Shown here one piece after another: positions 12,651-25,969 of a stretch of 64,000 bases of DNA. The stretch lies in assembly GCA_024704765.1 (NCBI GenBank), contig JAKMXF010000327.1, positions 203,360-267,359 on the forward strand, in the 5' to 3' direction. Under the pieces are notes generated by a model. The model ran no database searches. It was given only the letters and a program-made list of their open reading frames with translations, and was not told where the DNA came from. Source of the DNA: Oopsacas minuta (Eukaryota > Animalia > Porifera). The translations under genes were made by a program, and so were the position numbers. Numbering within the stretch: position 1 is the first letter of the stretch; each line of letters begins with the position of its first letter.

Positions 12651-13957
12651 CACGGTGACAAATAAGTTCTGTCCCATATGTTTGATGTAGTGTAGTTCCT
12701 TATTAAAGAACCAGATTGAGCAGTTGTAGTGTAAGATAAGTAACAATGTATATATTTAAAGCATTCAATGGTAATCTGTACATTCTGAACAAGCTAAAAG
12801 ATTCTAGGCAAAATGGAGAAGAATAGGTGGCTATTGTTAAATTATATTTGCAAGGGAAATCCAAAGCAAAATATTGAAGATTCTCAATTTCCCAAGTCGC
12901 GCAGGAAATTGATATAACATACTATTAAAAGATATAAGGACACTGGTAGTACCTCAGACAGGCAGAGAAGTGGACGTCAAACGTCTGCGACCACTACCCA
13001 GAAGAGAAAGGTTATCCGTAGTCGGATTCAGCGGAATCCACAACGTTCGATGCGAAAAATGGCGCTAGAACTCAAAATATCAAGAGGATCGGTCCAAACA
13101 ATTGTGAAGAGCGATATGGGCCTATTTCCTTACAAAAAGAGGAAGGCCCACTTTATTTCGGCACAGATTAGAGAAAAGAGACTAGCCAGGAGCAAGGCCT
13201 TACTCGCCCGGCTCGCAAGTTTTGGCCTTGATGAAACTTTGTTCTCGGATGAGAAATTATTCAGGGTCGAGCAGGCGTACAATCGTCAAAACTATCGAGT
13301 ATTGTCCTCTTCTCCATCTTCCATACCACAAGAGTATCGATGCGTCCAAAGAGTTCAGCATCCTCAGTCAGTGATGGTTTGGGCGGGGGTGTCCGCAAAA
13401 GGCCGTACCCCACTGGTTTTCATCCCACCGGGCGTAAAAATAAACGCTGTTAAATATCAGGAGCTCGTTTTAGACCCAATAGTGAGAGGCCTTGGTAAGA
13501 CCATGTTCAATAATCGTCCATTTTATTTCAGCAAGACGGTGCGTCAGCCCACACAGTGAAAGTCAACCAACAGTGGTTACGAAACAATATCCCAGACTTC
13601 ACCTCCAAGGAGGAATGGCCTCCTTCCAGCCCAGATCTCAACCCGATGGACTTCTCGTTGTGGCCGATATTGGAGACAAATGCGTGCACTACTTCCCACA
13701 AGAGTATCAAGTCTCTAAAAACGTCTTTACCCCGAGAATGGGCAAAAGTCCCGCAGGAAAAGTTGCGTGCCGCTGTCGAGTCCGTCCCCAAGCGGCTAAG
13801 TGCTGTAATCAAAAAGAAAGGGGCTATATTGAACAATTGAATATATTATGAATCTATATTTAGTTTGCTAAGTTATAGCATAATTTCAAGTCAATATCTT
13901 AGTTCATGGTTTAATTATAATAAATTTTCAATGGGACAGAACTTATTTATCACCCTG
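12651..13957 (+). mobile_element. maT-family (DD37D) Tc1/mariner element, 1307 bp, frameshifted transposase
   Basis: 26-bp TIRs CACGGTGACAAATAAGTTCTGTCCCA (2 mismatches), TA TSD; FSDEKLF, VMVWAGVS and WPPSSPDLNPMDFSLW motifs in ORFs 13050-13559 and 13556-13840. Confidence 0.92.
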
Positions 13958-14442
13958 TAGTGTGTTCTTCTACAGAAACAAATGAGAGTGACCCTGTTCA
14001 GATCACAATGATGATTCTTCTGTAAATACATTGGCACATGATATCACGACTACAAACATGTGCGCGGTTTGTTTAAAGTCGACAACTGGTAGTCTTTGGA
14101 GCCCACCCCCTACAGAGTTATATACTCACATTTTCCAGACCGGCCTATATGCTTATTTTATAACAAGTACACTAAAGTACAAAACAAACCATCAAATTTT
14201 ACTAGCCAGAGGTTCATCACGGATCCTGATATTTTGACAGTAAGACCATTCAATAAGGTCGAAAAAAGACGAAATCATTATTTTACATAGTTTTTCACAC
14301 TTTCTGAGGTTACCTCAAACACTAAAATTCATCCTATGATGCCATCTCAAATATCATAATATCGGCCAAACAAATGAACACTTAAGAGTACAATCTATTA
14401 TAAGGTAAGATTTCACTTAAAGTCAATATATTTGTTGATATA

Positions 14443-14678
14443 CGGTAGAACTCGGTTAAGACGTACTAGCTTGGGAAACAATAAAAAGTACGTCCTATCC
14501 GAATATGTCTTAACGAGTACGATTCAATACATTTTGTCCTTTTGGGAAGAATAATTTAGTACTTCTTAACCGAATTATTTATAATTGATTAGATAGGAAA
14601 AATTTCGGTTATTGGTGACAAATACGTCTTATCCGAGAGTACGTCTTAAGCCGAGTACTTGTTAACCGAGTTCTACTG
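14443..14678. mobile_element. pogo/Tigger-like MITE (236 bp)
   Basis: 17-bp TIRs CGGTAGAACTCGGTTAA / TTAACCGAGTTCTACTG, TA TSD, internal TACGTC(T/C)TATCCGA repeats. Confidence 0.85.
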
Positions 14679-15401
14679 TACGTGGTCAAATATATTATTA
14701 GCTCATTATCGAATAAAGAAATGAACACAAAATAGAATCACAAAAAATGAAAAAATTCTAGCACTTTTGTTTTCTTATTCTTAAAGGTATATTATAAAAA
14801 TACAGTTGAAAAATCTTTTGTCACAGCTTAAAGCAGCAGGGACAATTACGATGAAGTATTTGATTTTTTATAATAAGTAGAGGTTAGGTTTGAAGTGAAA
14901 AGTCCCCAAATTTAGTTTGTGAAGTGTGTGAGAGATTAATTGACAAAACAGAAAATACTACTCTTCAAAGGTATATACATATATAAGTAGGAATAAATAA
15001 TTATCAATCCAAATCAATATACAAAAGAATAATTCAAAATCAAGTGACTCATCTGCCGAATATAGGATATCTCTGATCATATCAGAAATATACACTCTTT
15101 TGTTAAACACCGAGAATTGCATTCGAAAATTCCCTAAGACTGAAACAACATAAATAAACTAAAACACAGATTAACATACAATGCTCTGGTCTCACTAGCA
15201 ACAACACCACTAAGTGATATCAAACTCTAACTACGTATACAAGTTTCAAACAAATACGACATAAATTCAACTTATACAGTGTTCATATAAACATACTTCT
15301 GGAGTAATGACTCAGGAAGTGTTACAACTACCCTCCCCCCACTAATAAATATAACACATAAAACACAAACTAGACCACATACATTCTAGTTACTAACAAC
15401 A

Positions 15402-17390
15402 CTATACATTGTACAAAAAGGCTAATTTTTCACGTAATGGCGGAGGAAATTGGTCTGTATAAGATTTCCATTGTTCCAACCCAATTTCGTTAACATAGGT
15501 TGACAAGATTTTAGTAAACATATCTTTTAAATCGGGAAGGAGATTATTCCAGGAAACTATTGCATCACAAAAGAATATAAACTCTTTGATAATACCAGTT
15601 GGATTGCAAGTTATCATTGCACATAATCCACGAAAGGCGGAATCTTTCTCTTCGTTATCGCGTATTGTCCTGAGAGCAATACACCATGGGCGAATGAATT
15701 GTGGAAGAAATGTTGAAAGTACATCAGGACAAACATTGCCAATCCGGCCTATGGTTATTGCTGTATTCTCTAAAAGTGTTTTAGGAGTATCGGGCTCAGA
15801 ACGATTGATATTTTGGATTAATAGAGTGATGAATAAGGGGATATATGTTTGGATTTCTCTACCCATCTGGATTGCAAGTTCCCCAATAGCCCATGTAGAG
15901 TTATTACAAACAGAAATAAGATCAGGATTTAAATTTTTCGAGAGAAGAGGAATAAATTCTTTTGCAAATGGTTCAACATATTGGTAGCAAGCGCGGGTAA
16001 GATCTCCTAGCAAAGCGAAAGAACTTTGTCTGACCTCTGGTATCCTGTCCTGCATACACTCGTAAAGAAGAGGAAATAGATTAGTTTGTGTGACAAGATT
16101 CTCGATGTTGCCCTGTAATCCTTCAGTTAAGCCGGAAAGAAGGTCAAGTGCAACAATTAAAAAATCATGGTCAATTTCATTCACACTTTCTTCATTTGAA
16201 GATACAAGATGCACTAGATTACATTCTATTAAGCGTACGCACCTCTTAAAAACAGGTTCTGCATAAGGCAAGAATCCTAATTGTAGAGCAATTGCAAGTG
16301 AACTCAAACATTCTAAAAGTGGGAAAAGATCTTTATCATTATCTCCAAGGGAATTCCACCTCTCTATTAAAGGTGGCATAAACATGCCAATATATTCTTG
16401 ATTGTTCAGATAAGGTCCTACGCTCTCAGCCAGGGTACCAATGGCATCATATAATATCAATAAATTTTTGTGCTGATATTTAGAAAATGCGTAAACTAAA
16501 GTTTGAATTATGTCAAAAAGGAATGGAACTAGTTCTGTACATGCTTCCTCTTCAATGGTAGCAAAAGCAGAGCAAGCTGCTTCTTGAACTCTTTTGTTAT
16601 CATCTAATACACGTTGTAATAAGACGTCAAGTAAGTTTTTAAAGAACAAATCTTTTGGATTTTGAACTATCCAACGAGCATACCTAGAAAGAGTCCAACA
16701 AGTAATTATACGAATAAGGGCTCGTTGGTCTGATAAAGAAATTATTAGGAAGGGAACTAATTCTTCGAGGTGCTGTAACATACCATTCATACAACCTTCT
16801 GCTATAGCACCAAGTACAAGAATACCTGATTCTTTGATAACCCAGTTAGTATGAATAAGACATTCATTTAATGTGGGAATCAAAGAACAAAGTAATTCGT
16901 CATGAAAGATATTACTCAAAACATCCAATGCAGCAGCAGAACATTTTCTAATATTCCATTCATTACCAAAATCATCTCCACTTGTTCCATCATCAGAATC
17001 TGAATCTATATATTCTGGATGTACAGATGTCAAGGTTTTAGATCTAGATTTTGCAAATCTAGGTCTGATATCTGATTCCTTATCAGCCACTTCACTATCA
17101 CATTCATCTCTCCCTTCTAATAAAAGTAGGTCATGTTCAGAGTATCGCATACCCTTTATCAGAATTGGCACTAACTCTTCGATGTGAGATTGTAGAATAT
17201 CTCTACACTGAGCATGTTCAGCTAGAGCAAGCCAGAACTCGCAAGATTCGAGAGAAACAGATTTATCAGTATCTTGGGTTCTAACCATCATGTATCTGAT
17301 TATCTCGTGAATATACGGAAAAATCTCTTCTGTCCGAATTTCCAAGAGCATAACAATAGCCCTGCAAACGCACTTACGAATGTTTGGTTC
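15402..17390 (-). CDS. TNPO1: Transportin-1/2 (importin-beta2/karyopherin-beta2), exon 4 of 4 (terminal, 662 codons + TAG)
   Basis: Acceptor TTTGTAG|GAA at 17391/17390, phase 0; [106 protein letters not shown] matches transportin-1 along its length, including the acidic H8 loop. Confidence 0.97.
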   Translation of the reverse strand, partial: EPNIRKCVCRAIVMLLEIRTEEIFPYIHEIIRYMMVRTQDTDKSVSLESCEFWLALAEHAQCRDILQSHIEELVPILIKGMRYSEHDLLLLEGRDECDSEVADKESDIRPRFAKSRSKTLTSVHPEYIDSDSDDGTSGDDFGNEWNIRKCSAAALDVLSNIFHDELLCSLIPTLNECLIHTNWVIKESGILVLGAIAEGCMNGMLQHLEELVPFLIISLSDQRALIRIITCWTLSRYARWIVQNPKDLFFKNLLDVLLQRVLDDNKRVQEAACSAFATIEEEACTELVPFLFDIIQTLVYAFSKYQHKNLLILYDAIGTLAESVGPYLNNQEYIGMFMPPLIERWNSLGDNDKDLFPLLECLSSLAIALQLGFLPYAEPVFKRCVRLIECNLVHLVSSNEESVNEIDHDFLIVALDLLSGLTEGLQGNIENLVTQTNLFPLLYECMQDRIPEVRQSSFALLGDLTRACYQYVEPFAKEFIPLLSKNLNPDLISVCNNSTWAIGELAIQMGREIQTYIPLFITLLIQNINRSEPDTPKTLLENTAITIGRIGNVCPDVLSTFLPQFIRPWCIALRTIRDNEEKDSAFRGLCAMITCNPTGIIKEFIFFCDAIVSWNNLLPDLKDMFTKILSTYVNEIGLEQWKSYTDQFPPPLREKLAFLYNV

Positions 17391-19178
17391 CTACAAATAT
17401 AATATACAGTAGAACTCTGATAAGACGTACAGTACAAGTAAACAAAAATTTGTACATACTATATAACCAAAGAAGGTTGGACGTGAAAATATAATGGTAT
17501 ATTTCTCTCTATTGACGCACAAATGTCTCAGAAATGTGGCAACATTACATTTCCAAAGTTTGTGCTGAAACAATTGAGTCAGTACTTGTTCGAAACTGCA
17601 AGGATAGCCAAGTCTAATTTTACGCATGCTAACACTCAAAATCACCTGTCACCACGATTTTACCAGTTCGTCCACGCCGGCGACCTAATCCATTCATATT
17701 TGTTTGTAAATAGAATCGAAATCGTTTGTAATATTTCTTTACAGGATAATTTTGAAAGGAAAAGAGATGGAAATGTTTGTAAATTCCACATTCTTTACAA
17801 TCTGAGCATGAACAAATGGTAAGAAGGAAACGAAAAGTAAGAAAAAAACGAGTAATAAAAAATCGGTTTCGGGTTTAATTCTTTACAGATAAATAGTTTC
17901 ATCATCTGTTTATGTAATAAATACTAACTATAAATGCATAATATATTATCAAGATGGAGATTACTGTATTTGGCCAAGCTATATATGCTAAGGTTATTAA
18001 ATTAGTAATTCGAAATTCTTGTAGCTCGACATGAATTAAAAAGAAATGTCGTCGGGAATATATATTCCCGAACGACATGTATTTCTGTATTTGCCATATA
18101 TGCGAAGTTACTAGAGTATATAAATTAAAATTTCTGATCTCCATAACATATAGAACATGACCAAATACAGTGCTGTATATTTAATGATAAATTTTGAAAT
18201 TATTGCAATATTGCTCACGTAAACAGATGATAAAAACATATATCTGGAAGAAATATTTAAAACTAATAAATAACTTGGGTAATCCCCAAATATCTTCAAG
18301 TGAACACTTAAACGACGTCAACATCCTCACTGATTACGAATATCAACATATAAAAATACAAAAATAATCGTTTCGAATAAAGCTGAATGAGCTACATCCA
18401 TGTATAATCTTCAAATGTGTCCAAAGTGGCACTTTTGAGTGGAAATTATAGAAGTCTCAGATACGGTCGGGACTTGTTCCCTGTTAAACTACAATAATAA
18501 GGCTACAAAAAAATCATACTTCGCAACTTATGAAATTTATTCTGGATCAAACCTTAATTCTATTGGACTAAAAGTGATAATCCGTTTTGAAGAAAAGTGC
18601 TTACTAACCAAGTTCTATAGTAATAAGTAAATAATATCTCCTCTAAGTGAAGTCCACAACGAATTATGTGGTTTGATGTCGATACTCGTAGAAATCTTCG
18701 GAAATATACTAAAATCTATGGTTTTAACTTTAAAAGCATAACTACCACAAGATTAGCTCTTGAGCACCGAAACCTATTCAGAATACTCATATCACATCAT
18801 GCCATCAATCTAAAGAATTCAGCTTAATTGCACAATGCATTCATATCTCCAGGTGAGAGATCACATACTAAGGGCTACAAATCGAGATTACGTGGAAATA
18901 TAGATGATTCAAAATTGTACTAAAACAGTCATTAAAAATAGAGTTCCATAAAAAGTCCTAAGAATGTACACTGGTACATAAAAGTATTCATGCAATGTAT
19001 CTCTCAATGTTACCTAAATCATTTTTGCAAAAGTGAATGTATTACAGATTAGAGAGATATGTGGATGGAATATCAGCAATCTAATCAAGCAAAATATCTT
19101 CAATAGGTGTAATATTTGCAAAGTAAGTATTATTTAGCGAAAATGGCTCTGACTGATACATTAGCAGGGGTGTATATA

Positions 19179-20537
19179 CAGGGTGGGCCGCGGGAAACCG
19201 GTTGAAATAAATTTTGTATAGTTTCTAAACAAAAAAAGATAAGTCAATTCTGTAAAAAGTATATTAAGGTTTATAAAGTGATATTATAATTTTCATTTTG
19301 TAGAGTATCTATCCATTAATAAAATGCTCGATCCAGCTCCCATTTAAAGATATCACTTTTTGCAATCTCGTGAGGATATTTTCTGAGACTTTTTTCAGTG
19401 TTTCTGCCTTGATCCGTCTTATTTCCCGGCGAATGTTTCTCTTGAGGTCTTCAGTAGTCACAGGGATAGGATTGGAGTAAACCTTGCTCTTCAGGTATCC
19501 CCATAAATAAAAATCGTATGGGTTTAGATCTGGGCTGTAAGGTGGCCAAAAGAAGTCACAGTTTCGTCAAATCAGCTTTTTGTCAAATTTCTCTCTAAGA
19601 AAGTCAAGAACAACTTTAGCTATATGTGGGAGTGCGCCATCTTGTTGAAATGTTATACTACCAAGTTCCTTACGTCTTCTGAGAGTTGGAATGTAGTAGG
19701 ACTTTAACTTATCAAGATATCGGACACCATTCACGGTCACTCTTGACCCTTCATTATTTTCATAAAAATACAGACCAATAATCCTCTTGGAGCCAACTGC
19801 ACACCAGACAGTGACCTTTTCTTGTGTTAAAGGCTTACTATCAAGTGGATCTGGCTTTTCCTCACCCCAAATCCTCATGTTTTGTTTATTAACATGTCCA
19901 GAAAGGTGAAAATGAGCCTCGTCACTCCAGTCAATATTACCGATGTCAATTTCCTTCTTCTCAACCTTCCCTGCGATGAGCTTGCAAAAGTTAATCTCTT
20001 CTCTTTTTGGACAGTAGATTGCTTCTGTAGGATCTGTATCTTATATGAGAAGAGATTGAGATCATCTACAAGAATCCTCCTGACTGTTGTCCTGGACAAT
20101 TGAAGTTCTCCTGAAAGCCTCCTTGATGAACGATTTGGTGAATCTGCAAGTTTATGCTTCACTTTTTCGATGTTATTGTGGGTCCTCATTGTCTGACATG
20201 GTACTGGTCTAGCTGTATCAACTACAGTACCATTCTCCTCAAACCTCTTGACAATATTTTTGATGGTATCTGGTTTAGGAGAGTTCTAAAGTTATAGAAT
20301 CTTCTAAATCTTCTCTGCGTTGTAACTATAGAACCATGATTTTTGTAGTACCATTTTAAGACATTAGTCCTTTCTTCCAGTTTCAGCCTTGTCATAACTT
20401 CATATTGATCTAATTGTTAATTAAACACAAAATAGCATTCTTCTAGCTACAAAATGAAATGTTGGCAATCGGAAATGGACTTACGTGTGCCGAGTTATGA
20501 TCATTCTATTTCAACCGATTTCCCGTGGCCCACCCTG
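19179..20537 (-). mobile_element. DD41D (rosa/Visitor-like) Tc1/mariner element, 1359 bp, pseudogenised
   Basis: 30-bp TIRs CAGGGTGGGCC(G/A)CGGGAAA(C/T)CGGTTGAAAT, TA TSD; WSDEAHFHLSGHVNKQN, KVTVWCAV, FQQDGALPH..WPPYSPDLNPYD with 41 codons between the second and third Asp (one is a TGA). Confidence 0.9.
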
Positions 20538-23500
20538 TATACACAGGATGAGGCAGTGCGAAAATTAGTAATTTTATGCCAATCTAGACAAGTACACCTA
20601 CAAATATCGCCGCGGAATTTAGAATCTACAAACCAAATTTCTAATCATCATATCTCAAGTGTTGTCTGTTTGTCTCTCGGTTTTTAAGGAAAGATAGTAG
20701 AAAGCTATTTTGATTAAATTTTGGCTTTCGAATCGTTGTATAATTATGTCTTCATGGATCGATAAGTTAGTTGTGATCATAGATAAAATTGGGCCAGGGA
20801 CAGCAATATATATATATATATCAATGTATTCATATAGGCAATTCTATAGTTTCGCTAATTAATAATTGTACAGTTTGACATGATACTTGTTATATTGATA
20901 TGTAGCACTAGCACCAATCCTGGTTATCAAACATTTTTCTGGGCGATATGGCATGATATGATTACATAATAAGCACTTTTCTGTCGAAAATACCCAAAGT
21001 TTGAAGCTCTGTTAACGTTAAAATATATCACAGAATGTATACTGAGTGATCTAAAGAGGTTTTCAAATAAAATATTAAAATGATATGATAAAGTTCGCGT
21101 GTTACAGAGTTATAGTAGTGACCATAGAAGGCACATCTAGCGTATAACAAATATGGTAATATTCAAGATTATGTCATAATGATCAGAGATAGAATATCAA
21201 AATGTGTTACAAGGGTATGATAGATCGAGCATAACTATACTTTAGCAGTGTTTGTCCATAACATTGAAGGTTGACGAGTTATGCAAGAATATTGACAGAA
21301 ATGTGCCAACCATGGTCATCACAATAGCTCAGGAATGTGAAAACTTTATCATGACAAATTTGAGATATTTTGTGTGAAAAAATAATAGATACTAAGTATA
21401 CATTTCTAGAAAGTGACATATTTCAACGTGAACAGAGCTTCAAAGTTTGTGCATTTTCGAGAGCAAAGTGCGTATTACGTAATCATATAACGTCATTTGG
21501 AGCCGAAAAATGTTTGATATCATGGATTGTGAGTACATATAAATAAAAGTGTCAAATTCTACCATTATTATTTTAGCGAAACTAATAGATCGCCTACATG
21601 AATACATTGATACATATCGCTGTCTCTGGACCAAATTATTAATGAGCACCATTGCCTTTAACTAAGAAATTGATTCTGAAGGAAATGTGCTGATTATCTA
21701 TAGCGTGTCACTGAATAGAACAAATAATCAATTTTAGAAGAGCTTGTATCAAAAATTATGATGTCATGATATAAATTCGCCTAAACGAGGATGATGGATG
21801 GTAGTTTGAACTTTTCAGGTAACAAATTTTCTTACATTTTTACCCTAAAAAGCTGAATTCAAATACTTTGAGGTGTTAATTTAACTTTTATGAGATTTAT
21901 AAAACTGACCTATCTAGTATACTCATTGCTCTGCTACTTTCATATGTGTGTTAATAGTAGTTTATGGATTAACTAATCTAAAAGATCATAAAGTGGTATG
22001 TGGTTAAGAATGACAATTTATAAATTTTTGAGAATTTGATGCAAAATTCGTTTCCATTCATAAAATAATATAAAAATTCATAATAAATTCATTTAAATCA
22101 AATTGTAAATTTTCAATAGTTTCACACTAAATCAAAAATTACTATTTTATCAAACAAATTATTTTCATTAACAATAAAGAAAATTTCCATTCTTTGGTCG
22201 ATATATTTTACATTCTAATCTGTTTTGACTAGAAGGGTAATAAAAAAATCACCAATAGCTATATAAAATATAATACAAATCAATTATCATGAAAATGTCT
22301 ACACAAATGAACATATTTTGGAATGCTGACGTAATCACTAGAAGAGTATAAAACACTTGAAGAATGGCTGCGAGAGCTTAATTAGCTTTTCCTTTACGAA
22401 AACCCCTAGAAAGTAAAATTTGAAATTACATAGAGCGTTAGTTTGTAATAAAATTAACGAAACTAAATTGGCAATATATTTTTAGCCTACTTGGTGACAT
22501 CCACGACTGTGCGTTATTAAGTAGGCCATGAACTAACAAATATTCTTAAATTGAAGATGGTCATATTCGTGGATCAGATCCCACACGTATTGTGATATTC
22601 AAAGGGTGTTCTAATGTAAAACAAAGCGCTGTCAAATCAGAAGAGAGTACTAGAACTACGATATTATCTATTGGAATTGGACAAATGGCCTAATCAAGTT
22701 TAGAAAAACTTCCCAACTTAGACTCAATTAAAGGAACTATCTGGAATCACAAAAACATATCAAGAAGTTGTGGTACTCAACAGGTGCCGAAATCCTGACA
22801 CCCCAATATACGAAATTACACTAAAACACGACGTGCTCAAGTACACAAGTAAAGAAAATAAATTCAGTGAAATCGAATATAGACCAATAAACACAATTAA
22901 TATATAGTAGTGTTTTAGGAAATACAGTTAAGATGCTAAATCAATGGTTGTACTCAGGCACGGATCCACCGGGGGTTCAGTGTGGTACGCCCAGTATTGC
23001 ATTCTGAATTGTTATATAGTAGAACCTCGATAAGTGGGTAGTGTTGCGGAGAGTCTTCTGATATCCCACCAGTACCACATAAAATTCCCAATGCAATTCT
23101 CCCTTTACGAGAGTATTAAATGAGAATTGATTTTTATATTATCTCCTAAGGATATCGGTTGAATATAGAAATTTCCTTCAAATAATCTGAATTTTTGGGT
23201 CAACTTAGTATGAAAACATTCTTAAAACAAGATAAACGAAGAATTGGTAATATTTTGTTACTCAGTGAATTATGAGTAGTTCATTCTTATATATATTTTC
23301 ATGACAAGTTTTACCTGCGATTATCGCCTGCCACCTGGTAAGCGCTTTAGCTTGCGAAATTCGGATTACGAAGGTGTCAACCCTAGATATTCAATGAGAA
23401 TATTTCTCTACATCGTTTGTGGGATTTGATTCGATAACTCTCTTTATATTCATAAACACATCAATGCATTTATATTTGAACTTGAAATTGAGATATTCGG

Positions 23501-24161
23501 ATTCAGGGTACTGTTTTACCCAGTTAAGAACAAGTTCCTACTCTTATTCGGAGGATTTTACTTTAAATCATGAATCAAATATTATGACATATCAGAAAGT
23601 TGAATTTTCCTAGTTTGTGGCCCTTGTATCCGTTGAGTTCAAGTCTAAAACGTTTATTTTGATTTTCGATTACAGTAGACTCTGTTTAATATTATCGCAG
23701 TTATCGAGCAAAGTTGAGATAGTCGGGTCACTTGTCAAGAAACCGAACCATACAAATAGTGTAAAATTACTTCGGGGTAACAGCTTTATTCCGCTTAATC
23801 TGGTCAAAATTGCCTGCCCCTATCTGGACCTCTTATCATTAATCTACAGTATTTGTTTCTCGTATTTTGATAATCATGGCTAGAATATTAAGGTATATTA
23901 TTGTTCATTAATAAATGTGAGACAGCCCAAAAGTCGTAATATCCGATGGGATTTACATACAGCACGCATGGAAAGTATGTCGCTAAATTCAATCTATCGT
24001 TATCTGACAGGTCGTTATACCCGCGGTATGGTGTGTGCAGATTCTGCTGCGAGATTCTGGGTAAGCCAATGAGTCGTTATAAGCGATTTGTCGTTAAAGC
24101 CGATGTCGTTAAATCCAATGTTTGCTGTATAATATTTCAACGCTATTAAACTATATGTGTA

Positions 24162-25472
24162 CAGGGTGGCTCCAAAGTTCTGATACAAAATCATGATTAA
24201 TATACAACCATTATCAGGAAGCATTCTCAATGGTTTGCTCTTCCATGACATACCTTATACGCTTCCTAACCAATATTATTTCAATTTGGTGTATTCTATT
24301 TCGAAAAATATTGTGATTGACCATGGAATCTGAGAGGTCAGCAATTATTGAGTTGCATATGGCGGGGAAAAGTCCATCAGAAATTTTGAAACTGCTGAAT
24401 AATGCAAAAGGACGTAGGGCATTTATCTACAGGACGATAAATCGATATAAGGAAACTGGGGACACTGTAGACAAGCCGAGATCTGGTCGTCCATACTCTG
24501 TAACGACCTCAGCTCTCAAGAAAGTGGTGCGAGAACGGATTCGGCGGAACCCACACCGTTCGATGAGGAAAATGGCCTTGGAGCTCAATATATCTCGCCG
24601 AGCAATACAAAAGGTTGTCAAAAGGGACCTAGGAATGCGCTCTTTTAAACGCAAAAAGGTACAATTCCTATCTGGGTCAGTGAAAGAAAAGAGAGTGTCC
24701 CGGAGCAAGAGCCTACTTGCTCTACACGCTATTGGAGTTCTCGAAAATACCATTTTCTCAGATGAGAAAATTTTCACCATTGAAGAGGCTACAAATAGCC
24801 AAAACGACAGAGTCATCTCGGCCTCAGTTTCAGCGATCCCTGATAAGTTCAGATATATCAGTCGGATGAAGAAACCACTGTCGGTGATGGTTTGGGCTGG
24901 GGTCTCTGCTGTTGGTCGGACACCACTGATTTTCATCCCCCCAGGAGTGAAAATCAATGCTAAAACATACCAAGAGCTTGTATTAGAGCCTGTGGTAAAA
25001 GGTCTGAGCCAGACCATGTTTTCTGGACAGCAATTTGTCTTCCAACAAGATGGTGCTCCCGCCCATACGGCCAATACGACCCAAGATTGGCTGAAGCACA
25101 ATATTCCCAATTTTATACATAAGGATGAATGGCCACCATACAGTCCCGATTTAAATCCCATGGACTATTCTGTATGGTCTATCTTGGAAAACAAGGCTTG
25201 TTCTGTGTCACACAACACAGTTAGCTCTCTAAAGATTTCCTTGTGTCGAGAATGGGAGAAGATACCCCAAGAAACTCTGCGTGCCGCAGTAGAAGGATTC
25301 CGAACAGACTCAGGGCCGTCATTTCCAAAAAGGGTGGTTATATTGAATAAATGACTAGGCAATCTCTTCCTAATAGTATGTATTAATTATATATAGAGAA
25401 TCAATAATGTAGGTCATGCTGAATAAATATTATAGACAAAATGGTTTGTATCAGAACTTTGGAGCCACCCTG
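24162..25472 (+). mobile_element. maT-family (DD37D) element with perfect TIRs, 1311 bp
   Basis: Perfect 28-bp TIRs CAGGGTGGCTCCAAAGTTCTGATACAAA; TA TSD at 24160-61 and 25473-74. Confidence 0.96.
24323..25354 (+). CDS. DD37D (maT) transposase, near-intact
   Basis: Uninterrupted ORF from ATG 24323 (MESERSAIIELH); HTH/RSGRP, FSDEKIF, QQDGAPAH-37 aa-D (SPDLNPMD); the last ~17 codons appear shifted by a 1-bp deletion (expected FPNRLRAVISKKGGYIE*). Confidence 0.88.
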   Translation: MESERSAIIELHMAGKSPSEILKLLNNAKGRRAFIYRTINRYKETGDTVDKPRSGRPYSVTTSALKKVVRERIRRNPHRSMRKMALELNISRRAIQKVVKRDLGMRSFKRKKVQFLSGSVKEKRVSRSKSLLALHAIGVLENTIFSDEKIFTIEEATNSQNDRVISASVSAIPDKFRYISRMKKPLSVMVWAGVSAVGRTPLIFIPPGVKINAKTYQELVLEPVVKGLSQTMFSGQQFVFQQDGAPAHTANTTQDWLKHNIPNFIHKDEWPPYSPDLNPMDYSVWSILENKACSVSHNTVSSLKISLCREWEKIPQETLRAAVEGFRTDSGPSFPKRVVILNK

Positions 25473-25969
25473 TATATATCCATATATGTGTTTGTATGTC
25501 CAGAATTGATTTAAAACAACTGTAAAACCCAAGAGCTGATGTTGTCACACAGGGCTATTCTGGCCTGGCTTCGAGTCTTGGACGATAATTCGCATCCATG
25601 ACGAAATTATCACATTATTTTCAACTTTTGGATTTTCGAAAAGTCACACTTTACCCACTGCTCAGCCAATATACATGATAAAAGTTTAATATTTGAATTA
25701 TAGGTACGCCTCAGTGTCATAAAATTCCGGACGTCATGATTCTATCTAAACCTAACTCCTCATGGGATAATTACGTAATCATGACTGTCGAAAATATCAA
25801 AATTTTCCATATTTCGAAAATTCAATGGTTTCATCAATATTACCAACCTTTGAAATGTTTGAGTATATGTAAATTTTCGAGGGACATAAGCTACCATAAT
25901 CTGTGACATGTTATATTGTGCCTTCTGAGGGTTCGATGACGTTAACTTTTGGGTGTCACCCAGATTGCT

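Larger units (their letters stand above)
9400..14110 (+). mobile_element. MULE (Mutator-like) transposase remnant split by Chapaev3 and maT insertions
   Basis: DGSFFTVPLQFYQLWT, HCLLTGKPEEL, MSDWEKA, GYWFHYTQQIWK; reading continues across the Chapaev3 TSD (NN|GAFQNYIRCIMAL); TNNGAENYHGRLK at 12404; a Cys pair (CAVC) near 14060. Confidence 0.75.

Noticed and set aside
15586-15987. 133-aa plus-strand ORF as a separate gene
   Set aside because: Antisense shadow of TNPO1 exon 4.
24427-25161. 244-aa minus-strand ORF
   Set aside because: Antisense shadow of the maT transposase; the same applies to 13528-13836, 41463-41804 and 47498-47794.
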